From: Phoronis australis
Lineage: Eukaryota; Animalia; Phoronida
Direction: 5' to 3'
NCBI GenBank assembly: GCA_002633005.1
Contig: NMRA01000499.1
Coordinates: forward strand, 62,001-126,000
Length of the DNA stretch: 64,000 nt
The notes below the pieces were generated by a model. That model was given only the letters and a program-made list of their open reading frames with translations, was not told the origin of the DNA and searched no databases. This document shows positions 26,101-38,100 of this stretch, in pieces (positions within the stretch are counted from its first letter, which is position 1; each line of letters begins with the position of its first letter). Both the position numbers and the translations under genes were made by a program.

Positions 26101-29100
26101 AGGCACATTCACACATGCAGCCAACGTATTAAAACTATTTCTCTTTTTCGATGACCATCTTCACCTTGTAGACAAGGCGACTTATTTATGTGTTATTTTA
26201 CACCGTCAGTCTTGCTGGTCATCACATATTACTGAAAAAATCTCGAATTCCAAAACTGCGCCGGAATCTATGTTCCACGTCCTACATGTATAGCAAGTAA
26301 GGAAAGCTGGGTATCACTTGGAAATTTTGTCGCCGTGTTCCTCAGCCACAGTAGCATAGCTTTAACAGGCTGAGCTTTGCATCTTGTTAGGCAATTTGTG
26401 ACTACACATCTTTCGAATTTTCTATCAACCTTTTAAGTTACTGGTCTTGCAGGTTCGTGGTGCGCCGCATATGAGCCTATTGAAATGAAAAATAAAAATT
26501 TCTCCGCGGTTTTGAATGCCTCTTTGGCTGTTTATAAGGAGGGTAACACGGAAAGCGTCAGTGACATGCTTTAACAAGAACGCTTATCGAAGATGTTTAA
26601 AGGATCTAGCCTATTTTTAAACGGTCATAGCCTTCCTTCTTGTATTGCTGATTCATTCCGTACTATTCAAGAAGACTTATTGTATCTTATGGGCATTCAT
26701 AAAACGATTTGTTTTATAAGACATACATCCATCCATATGGATATAGTAAATGATTGCGTTCTTTCGAACTGTACTTTTTTCGTTGAAGATCTTTAGCGGT
26801 CGAGCCCTCCTTAGGACGTTCCTTAGGCACATAAATGTGTCCTAACTAACGTTCGGGAATGTGTCACTTCGGCTATGAAAATGTGTACGTCTAAAGGAAA
26901 CAGATAGGGATACACTAAGTCTGAGGAATTGCTCCTCACAGAGTCCATAAACATGTGTTACAATGCACTTGGGTCATGCCTTGAAACACATGCATGTGTG
27001 TGAGAAAATATTATTTCCTGAACAATGACAACAACAACATTTTATTTTTCGCAAACTGGACGCTATATGAAATGTGTATCAACACTTCAGATTATCCCAG
27101 AAAGTGGATTTTTCCACCTACATCTACGGCTACGGAACAGTCTGCATGCGACCAACTCACGACTTACGGTTGTCCTCAGAAGTTTCTCAGTCGTCGTTAG
27201 AGTACAAAGTGCTGGGCAAGATCTTCTGGTAAGACGTAATAAAAAATAACACATAAACGTGATAATTAGTATGTGGCGATGTACATTTTCACCTCCGGTA
27301 ATTCTTCTATGGGAGCGTCCACATATTACGTCATCCCAAATTTGGCACTTTTTACTGCCCTCTCCTCCCACTCTGCCATTACCCGTCATCATGATATAAA
27401 AAACCCGCCCACTATTTAATTACATCATCACTGCCAACCTCCCGCCCCCTGCTGTTGGAAGGACCGACAGTTCGTTAGAGATTCCGTCTTTGATTCTACT
27501 GACAATGTCTCTTTATAATCGTAAGTTGTATTTGCCGCTGTCGTATTCAGCATTGAAATAACGTACGCATTTCAACTATCAAATTTAATGAATGTTTCCA
27601 TACCTTACTACGTCACAGTTGTAGGATAGGGCTGGGAAAACAAAATATTTTAATAAGGGTGGCCTTTTATGGCCCACATATTTATATGTGGGTGCATATT
27701 GCCGTGATCCCTGTCCGGGCGTCCTTGCAGGATCTTAATGAGATGTGTTTCTATGGAGCTGGCGACAGACGACGACGAATTTCGGGCCGATCCCCTAGTG
27801 GCAATTTCAGTTTTTTTTTGTTTACCTCTGTATCTTTAAAATTCCTTGATGGATCTTCGTGAAATTTGGCAACGTCTTCTAATTTTCAGACGGACTTGAC
27901 GTATTTTACGCCACATGGTGACCATATTTTATTTTTAGTACGTTTTTTTCGTCTGCCTTTCTGTCTGCCAAACCAATCTTAGGATGATTATCATGAACAT
28001 TGGCAGGTTTGTTCCTGATGAGAAGACGGTAAATGACTTGATTTTCGGACGTGTTTCAATGCTCTGGCGCCCCCTGGTTGCAATTTTATTTTTTGCGTCC
28101 ATGCTTTATCTCCTTTTAAGTAGTTAAAACATGTCGACAAGTTTCAGACCAGTCCAACTACAGCTGTACCCCTAGTGATAATTTTATTTTTTACGTTTGC
28201 TAAACTACAGCTGTACCCCTAGTGATAATTTATTTTTTACGTTTGCTTTTTATTTTTAACTTAAAAATTAATGGATGTATTTTTGTGAAATTTGGCAAAT
28301 ATTTTTCTATTAAGGAGACAACAATGCCTTTTTATTTTCCGGTGGATTCAACATATTCTGTGCTGCCTAGTAGCTATTGTTATTATTTTGAGTTCGTTTT
28401 TGGCGTCCGCCTCGTATCGGCCAAACTGCTCAAAGGATCATTTTTAAACTCAGAGCTGTTGTGTTCCGGGTGAGAAGACTATGACTGACGTTGATTGTCG
28501 GATGAGTCTGACAACTGTGGCGTCCCCTAGTGGTGATTTCGTATTTTTTAGATCATGGCTGTAGCTCCTGATTCCTTTGCAGAATATTTGTGATTTTTTA
28601 AGGTGTTTTTCTGCAAATGTGGCAATGATTAACCGCCGGCTTTTTGGACGACTTTGACTACCGCTGTGCCCCTATTGACAATATTAATTTCTACGTTTGC
28701 CTCTTTGGAGGCCCTTAGCGGATTTTCATGAAATGTGTCAAATATTTTTTATTAGAGATTACGCCTTCCCAATGTCGAACGGGTTCGACGTACTTTTCGC
28801 CATCTAATGGTATTTTATGATACTAAAACATCCTGGGAGCCACTCCCTTTGCGGAGCAGTCTCGAGCGTATTTCAACTCTCCGCGTTGCTCTTGTAATAT
28901 TAAGTTACAACACTGTGGTCAGTCGCCACTGAATCGGCAATCTGGGGTGCAAAACCTGACAAATTTAACAATAAACTTGAAGTATAGTAAGAAAGCAAGA
29001 TACAGTGACATGTAATGTGGTGGAGATATTCCAATAAAACCACTAGATGACGTCATGATGAGTGTAACCCCCTCCCCCTGTCACAAATCGTCATCTTTCC

Positions 29101-32100
29101 AAGCCCCCTCCCCTCGAGTGATGACTTAATATGTGACCGCTCCCTTAACAGAATTAACGGTCATGGCAGGAAAGCGGTATTTTGTCTGGTTACTCTTGTC
29201 TTATACTGTATTTGTAAAAATGCGTCATTTCATTGCTACTGGCGAAGAGTTCACACCGTGCCGTCTGCGAACAAAACTGTTGAAAACCTTGCCGATATTT
29301 TCTAGTTCCTATGATTAGAATTGCGAGCTTTGTCTGGCAATAAATACGTCTTTCTCGTTCCTAAGATCCAGACGGGGGCACAATTTTTGTAACATACGTT
29401 ACTTTGTTCCAGTTTCTTTAATTACTGACAAAATAATGTGTCGTACTATCTTTTCTAATTGCCTCACACTTCCCCTTCTTTCCCACAGGTGGGGCAGTTT
29501 ATATCCAGCAATGACCACCATTACACATATTAGAAATGAGACTGAGTTTTTACTTTGTCAAGACCCTATAGAGGAGACATCTTGTTGCTTTGTACAGCTA
29601 GCCGGCGCTGCAGAGTATAATGCAGACAAGACACCGGAGCAAGCGTGCGGTAAAATCATTTTCGCGGTGGAGAGGGGCTTCGATGAATTCGTCACGTAAG
29701 TTAAATCGTACAATGTTAATACAATAAAAGCACTCCCGTGAGCTTATACGAAGCAAAGACACCATGAACAATCACGATCTGTAGAGACGACGAATCTTGT
29801 TCTCTGACACCATGGTTGGTACCGGGGATGGGATCAAAGATCATGACACCGTTAAATATACCGTAACCACTGGGCAACAGGTAAATGAAAGCACTTGGCG
29901 AAATCGAATGATAACTTAGAGGTGAGGTAGACGACACAACAAATAAAACAACCACTACCCCGACGCCTATTACATCAACGTACCATAAATGAAAAACGCC
30001 TAGTGGTGCATTCAAGAATTATTCAATGAAAGACAGTCATCAAATCATTAAAAAAAATCAAATCACTCAAGAACGGTAAATCATAGCGAGAAAGTAGAAG
30101 CACTGCAGATAGCACTTGAAGGGATGTGTTTACAAACCGAATTTGAGAAGGTTCGGTCTAAGGATCGTGTAGTTAGAGCTCCAAAAACATTATTCAAAAA
30201 TGGCCGTAACAGCGCCATCTTGCCTCTAATTTTTCCCACACACACCAGAGCCCTCGAAATATTGATTAGATAAACAATGTACGAAAAGTTAATGTTGATC
30301 AAATCAAAAAATGCAATCACTAACTCGAATATGATAGGGCAGCAAAATAAGATCAGTTGTCTGAACAGTAAATCTCGAATATCTCAAAAACGATAAGTCG
30401 TAGAGAGAAACTGAGACCAGAGTGCAGATAGTGCTTGGGGAGATCTATCCATGTACCGATTTTCAGAAAGATCCGTCAAGGGACGCCGGAGATACGTCAC
30501 GAAAACCCATTCAATTATCGAGCAGTCACCTGACTATCTCGAATAACTCGGAAACGATAAGTTCTAGAGAAATACAAATATTGCACGTTCCCCATAACTC
30601 TTGAAGCGATCTATCCACCGAAAAAATAGAAAAATCCAAGCCAAAAGAACTAAACCATGGCTCTACAAACCAAAAACGTGAAGAATGGCCTCCACGTCAA
30701 CCTCTCGCGTCCCATTTCAACCGAAAACAGCATATGCACGATATACGGGTTTTGGGTTTTGTGTAAATTCCACTATGCTCAGACAGGAAATACGACCTGT
30801 TTCTTGCCATCAAAGAAACAAACAAACAAACAAAAATTATAACAAAGCAGAAGACTAGGGGAATTTTCATTTCACCAAGTAATTATGCACAAACGAATTA
30901 TCATGAAAACTATACAAAGCAGCAATAATGTATACATACATACGTTGTCATGTACACGAAATTACACAAACAGTACAAGCAGTTTTTCGTAATTACCGTA
31001 ATTACGCATATATCATGGACAGGTGGCGATACTGCCGACAATTCACAGTTGAATTTGGGCAATATGACCAGGATTTACAGTAAATAAAATATTGACAACA
31101 GTAATACAGTACCCAAGAATAAACTCAGATATACATTGAAATTTTATTAAAAAATAGGATGAAAACTTGTTTGTCTTAAGATGCTACGACCAGAGTCCCC
31201 GCCACTGGGAAGGAGACAAGAGGTCTCTGAGGTACTAGGAATAGGTAAATATTCAGTCCAGTAGACCAACCTCATTCTCAATATAGTATGAACTTCCTGG
31301 ATCAGGCTCAAGACCTGCATTTTGTTAACCAAAACAAGTACTTTAAATGAGAGTGTGGTGGCCATGTTGAAATGCCGTGACATTTTAGGCCAACTATTTG
31401 TGGCACCTAAGATATGCTTTTTACATTAAACTTTTTGAATTTATAGACTAACCAAAAACTCAAAATTACTCAGTCGACTTTTTTAAAATCTAGTACGGCG
31501 TGTAGTTACTATGGTGATAGCAATGGTTACCAAGTCTAATTTCGAAAAACTCGTCAAAACTGACACAAACTTTCATGCTTTTACCACAAAGTGGATAATT
31601 TTGATTTTCTTAGATATTTGACTTAATGTACAAACTTGTCGATATGGTCGCGCAGAACCTTAACAGCTCTACTACATAGCTTTTTAAGTAACAAAGCATG
31701 ATACCCTTTTGGCGGTTTAGCGTCGCCTGATGGCATTTGGAAATTCTCGAACCTTTTCTTATTTTAGCAAGTACACTATGCTTAAGAAATTTAAGCTGGT
31801 TTCCGAATTTCATTTCAGAAAAATGACCCAAGTGAAATCGAACAAGATTCTGTTCAAAAACGAGGAGCATTCAGAAAAATGGTGTGGATCGTTGAACAAC
31901 CCCTGTGCAGATTGTCGCAAGGATGTCGCCGGGTATACACCGCCGGAACTGTGCGCTGATCGTCATATGTCGTTCGACATGTCGGAGACAATCAGGACCC
32001 TTGCAGAATTAGTGATAAAAGACCCCAAATTGAAAAATCGTACGTGATTATAAACTCTAGCCATGAAAATTTGCTGTCAATTACGCGCAACATAGAATTA

Positions 32101-35100
32101 ATTATGCTGTACATCTTTTCAGTCAATTCGTTACAACGTAATGTCTTTCGACTGTAGAGATTATTTTAACATTGTGTTTAGATTACAAATTAATGTGCAG
32201 GGCACTGATACTGACATTGTGACTTTTTCAAGGGAAGCTGATGGTTATTAACGCCTTTGACGAGCCGACTGACTTGAACCCCACAGGAAAGTTTGAACCG
32301 ACTTCCATCCACACGGAAGGTAGAGGCGCCCAGATAGCAATCTCAAGAGAGCTAACGGTCGACGAAATGAACTACAAATTCACCACAATGCCGAATGAAG
32401 ATAAGAATGCAGAACTAATGCGCAGACTTGGTCAAATGGCAGTCATGGCGGAGTTTGACTACGTCAAGATTTACACAGACTACGTGCATGTTGGTGTAAA
32501 GCATGGTTCGTGGAAAACTGGAGATACCTGGTCGAATGATTATTTTGCAACTCTGATCAATTCAAGTAAGTTTGTTGAAGCTCTGAAGGGCTAGTACTAT
32601 TCGGCAGTAACGTTATCGCACATTTTAGGGAAAGTCGATCGGTGGGAAACGTCCACAATTTGGCATCGTCCTCGTGATGCAGGAGCCTACTCCTGTAGCT
32701 AGGGTAGTAACGATTCGTGGCTGTCTGATGGAGAGGGGTTGGCAGTGCCGAGGCACTGGGTGTTAACGGGAAAAGTCCGTTTTGTGGTGCAACGATGGTG
32801 TTGACAGTAATAATGGCTACTAATAGAAATTAATATACATAGTCATTCAGTTGATATGACAAAAATAAGTTCCATCATCAGTCGCACATCTCATCGCTGT
32901 TATATTTTCTTTTCGAATAAAATGGACAACGTCGAAATTTAACAAAGTTTCTATCCACAAAACCGTGACTAAATATAAATATCATTTTGGATGAAACGCG
33001 TTTCAGTCACGGTAAATTCTCGACAACTTTGCCGAAATCGCGACAACTTGCCTTGCAGGAGCACTTACAAACCAATTAGCGGCTTGGTGCACTAACGTCA
33101 CATTCAACTCTGACTTACGCTCGACAAAAGTACCATTTTATTTCGACAAATGTTAGACCAAGTTGCTAAATAATCCTGCAAGGCGTTCGTCCATGCTTTG
33201 AAGAGTCTTACACACCTCTGTCAAAGTCTGTCTAGTTCATCTTGAAAACTTCTGTATATTATAATACTGTTGAGTTCTACTCTCGGTCAATTTGTTGATT
33301 TTCAGACCCCTAAGTATCAGTGCCGGATTACACTAGATAACAAAACTGACCGAGAGTGAAAGTCAGTTATTGTTTCATTTTTACCTTCCACCAACTAAGT
33401 TATTCATGGAAGGAGGCTCTAATTCTTTTGAAGTTATAAGTGTTCAATATGGAGAATCATGGTCTCTGAATATCTCCTAAATATTTAATTTTTACTTATG
33501 GAAGCTACGGCACTTATGTGTTAACAGGCATTAGCTATGATGTTCATCAAAAGGTAGAATGTAAAACCAGCATACAGGAAGTTGTTTGGGGTCTGTTTCA
33601 TGAAAAGTGACGTCAGACTTAGGACATAAATTAGGTCTTATGCTCCCAATTCACAATTACTGAATAAGTGACAAGCATCGTAATTGTTGGCAGGTCACAA
33701 CATCAAAATAATTCATGCAAATTATCTCAGTAACTAGAAGTAATGGGTATATTGTGAGGGAATTTGTATTTTTGTCAAAGCGAGATGTAATAATTTTTCA
33801 GAAATAGTTGTGTGGAGCGTAAGACCAAATTTATCTCTTCAATCACCTTTCATAAGACAGACCCCAGGACTCTCACGTAACGTTTTTCCTCACACCGTCC
33901 AAAGCTGACGTGCGATCAGTAACACCAGGACCTACGCTAGGGCCTAGCTATAGCCAAAGTCACATGTTCTTATGTAAAATACAGGGCAATATCTCACGTA
34001 ATCTCGCGAGGTCTTGCTTTTTAGTGAGGTCCTAGCGTTACTGGACGGGAGGCTGTTACATTCAGTCTCACTTCCTGTTTATCATCATTGTTGTCTTTCA
34101 GCGTACGCAGCCGGCATCTCTGTGGCCCAGTGCAGCAAGGCTTCAAACCTTTTTCCTAAACTCAAGCCCGGCATGAAGCGGCCCATACACTCGACAATGA
34201 CCACAGCCTGCGGCAAGATAACTCTACCCATCACTCGTTCCAACAAACAACAGTTCAAAGGGCAAGTGAAAAGATACGATGCAATAAGCGTTCCAAATCT
34301 GAAGTTGCAGCCAATTGCGTAACATCTGTGAAGTGTCGAAGCATGAATTCCCCCATGAATTCAGTTTAGTTGACCAAAGAAATAGAAAGTTGGGCTAGTT
34401 GTCCAAATTCCAGAATTTTGTAAAAGTGGTCCCATTTAGGCTTTTAGTTTTGAATAAGTTTACCTGCGAGTTTGTTTGAACTAATATCCGGTTTTGATGT
34501 CTTTTCCTCTCAATGAAATTTTCTCGTGTGTTGTTGTGCATAAAATAATCTGATTTCTATCAATTTCATGCAGCACGGTGGACGACACACAAATCCACGG
34601 TCATTACCTTTGGAACGTTTTAGTTTCGTGTCGCAATGTTCTTGAGCCTTTTTAAGATCAACTTATTCGAGCAGTTGCGCACTCAGCGATATGAACGATA
34701 CAAGGTTGTCTGTGAGATGGCAGATTTTCCAGAGAGTAATGCAATTTTTAATCAAAAACGTTAAGATCAATGAATGACAGACAATTTGAATTATGATCTA
34801 CGAATTGTATTTCTGTTGACGAATCTCTCGCTGGCGTTGATTTCCGGACTGATCCAAATACTGCCAAGCCCGTAATAGCAGTTTTAATGTTTGTTTCCGT
34901 CTTTCTCAATATCAAACAAATTCGGTGCCACTGTCATGGATATTGTTGGAAACAAAAGGTGTTGCGTTCTTATCGTAAATTTTATTTATAGAAATTATAA
35001 TAGAAGTTTTAACCTTCTCTTGAACTGAAATACGTCATTTTCAATGATCGAAACCTAAATCGTTGCATAAGTATCGCTCATTCAGATTTTTGTATGACAA

Positions 35101-38100
35101 TACTGCAGACTTCAGAGTTGGTATAACTTTTTATACCACAATATTAGCCTCGAATAGCCAATACAACCGTGTAATAACCCATTTAGTTATTTCACTAGTG
35201 AGATAACATTCTGGCGGGAACCGAGGCCGGTTTCTAACCCGGGCCGCAAGAGTTTCGAGTAATCGACTTTACCACTACACCACTCAGCGGCTGACGTCAT
35301 CGAATGTGAAAATAGAATACTTAAATGAGTACGCGCAACAATCACATGTTCAACACAGGGCATTGTACCGACATTTATACGCTATGAAAAATAAGACGCA
35401 TAATCTCCATAAAAACGATATTTTAATTCAGTGAATTTTTTCTCTCATGTTCTCTCACTTGTAAATCACCGATCTCCATTTTGAATGCGGGTATCGTATC
35501 GTCAGGATCCTCAGTTGCCAGTGGTAACCTACTTAGAAGACGATATTTTTCCGGTCGAAGCTTGGCCTGATAAAATGTGTAGTAAGCTATAATCGTTGCT
35601 AAACCTTAATTTATAGATTCATTCTATTTCTGTTTTGTTTAAATTTTCAATTGGTTTTGAGTAAAAGCATTATTTGACAAAAATAGCCCGACCCCGGGCC
35701 TCTGACATAGAAAGTAGTTACAAAGCCGAGGCGAGTCGAGAAAGGTAGATCGATTCATTGCAATGTTTCTCGTTCAGTATGTGGTATAAATAGATTATTA
35801 CATGCTCTCAATCGTTATCCCCGTTATCTAGAGCCCGAGTGGATTTTGGAGAATTATCGCCCGAGGGGTGTCAGCCCCGAGGGCTATAATTCTCCAAAAT
35901 CCACTCGGGCTCTAGAATACGGGGGATAACGACTTCGCCATGTAATAATCTATATATACCACTATTCCTCGTCACAAAACTACAAGTGGCTAAACCGATC
36001 GTTGCCGTCTTGAGGCTTGGGGACTAGGCTGCCTACATTTGCTAACCGTGTTGCCGTAGCAATCATTCGACTTTGACTCTGAAAAATGACCTGCCCAGAT
36101 ATGTCTCATGCACATTTCGTTCTCATGTATGTCTATACAGACAGGACCTGGCTGTTTTCGCACGGCTTCTGCGTATTGTGCGTCCCTTGTTCCATTTTTG
36201 GATACCCCCTAGTGGCTGTTTTCTTAGTTTGGTGTTTGGTTTTGGTATCCGCTTCCCTATCTCTCTCTTTACGATATAGTGCCGTAAATGAATTTCTAAA
36301 AGTGAACAGGGTAGGCGTCAATTATTACAGATTCAACAATGACTGTGATCATATGAATGTAAATGTCATTGGTCTTGTCCTCACCAACATCGTTGTAGAG
36401 TATGTAGCGTCACCTATTGTTCACTATAGGCAGTTCCGCTTCCGTTCATCAACGAAGTCTCGTGTTGTGTTTTTTATCTACTGGATTATCGGCAATAATC
36501 CTAGCCATCGTTCATGCAAATACACTACAATCTTCATTCCACGTCATTCGTCATTATTGTCTCTGCAATTACCGTTGCAGTTCCATTGACACTGAACGCC
36601 ATTGAATTTATCATATTTGTCATTGACACCACTGCCATTGTGTCATCACCGTGAATAACGCCATCCCTACAGCCAAACCGTTATCAATGCCATTTTTTTA
36701 ACTAGATTTGTTTCTTTTTCTTCAGCTTATACTACTATCCGTTTAACGATGTCTTCTTCACAAACCCAAAGCGAAACGACGAATGGTGCGGAATGCAGGG
36801 CAGACGCTGTATCGACTGTCGAATCCATACCGGAAGTTTAAATGTACTTCCTTACGAACGTTGTAGAGATCGTGTGATGACTCGCAGTCTAGCTTTCAGG
36901 TTGAATTGTTTACTAGTTATTCGTTCTTGTTGATTGTAAAACTTCGTATGAATTCACACAACTTTTAGCAGTTATGAGCTAAACAAAACAGGCAGACCTC
37001 ATGATTGTGCACCTTTTTGTAACGGTATGGAATTACTTGAGGAATATTTCTTGTCGTTGAGTAACGTGCTTCAGTCTATAATTTTTGTGCTAAATGGTGA
37101 GTGAGGACGGAATTGCTCTTCTTTCTTAACTACGAAACAGCGAACAAAACTGATCACACATTCTCTTGTTTGCCTCTGTACACCCTGGCTAGCTAATAAA
37201 TGAAGTGACCTTTACTGCTTTTTAGACTGCGTCGTTTGGCAAAGCTTGTTGATGAGATGTGGGAAGGAGCCAACAAGCTGGTTGTTGAGCGGGCATGGTT
37301 TGAGCCTACAGCAACTACTACTGTCGAAAAAAAACCCGCTGCTCACCATCTTACGGGACAGTAAGTACGCTGTGTAGTCGTCTAGTGTAAGTTGTTAACG
37401 AAATGTTTGTTTATGAACAGCACATCGGACATTACAGATGGTTGTGGATTTACAAATCTGACAATAATGATCCGTCTGTTAAACTGTCAGAATAAATATT
37501 GCTTATGTAATTAATGGAGTTAGTTTCAAATGTGAAGTTGTCAAAAAGTTGTGCATATGTACTTTTAAAACCATTGGTCAAACATGTTCACATGTGCTTT
37601 TGATGTTTACAGCTAAGTGTTCCGCACTGGTCCATATACAGGTCTGCGTTTTGGCTGCCATAATTGTTTGATCGAAATAACATCTGTAGTTCAGACGTTT
37701 TGTGTGTTAGGAGAGGATTGCAGTTCACTCATGTTAGTTGACACCAGTTTCGTTTCTGTACTTTTACAATTGATATCTACATGTATGTTATGCTTGAGAC
37801 ATAACAACAGGCATAACTTGCATGTGCTGCGTTAGCTTAACTGAGTCGCGACAAGTGTTTTGCTTTATTGCTGAGCGCGCTTTTGATTTCAGGGCGCTCT
37901 GGCTTAACCTGACCGGGTCCGACGGGCAAAGTAAACTTAATAAGTTGGGTCATCTTGCTCAGTGTGCCGGCTTTGATTTTGTCGAGCACCCTCTATCTCT
38001 TGAACCTCACCTTAGAGTGTGCGTCAAGAAAGAAGGCTCAACTACGCCAGTTGTTGTAGCCTTTCCAACCGCGCATATACAGTCCACATCAAGACCGTTC

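Noticed and set aside
36086-36589. 167-aa ORF in intron 12
   Set aside because: It overlaps a HINE-like fragment and low-complexity (cat/cgt)-rich sequence, with no recognisable motifs or fit to the gene model.
29489-38030. Calling the gene hedgehog or hedgling
   Set aside because: There is no Hint/Hog domain, no Cys-Gly-Pro-Gly after the signal peptide, and no vWA, cadherin, EGF or TM segment. The Hh-like domains are internal and duplicated.
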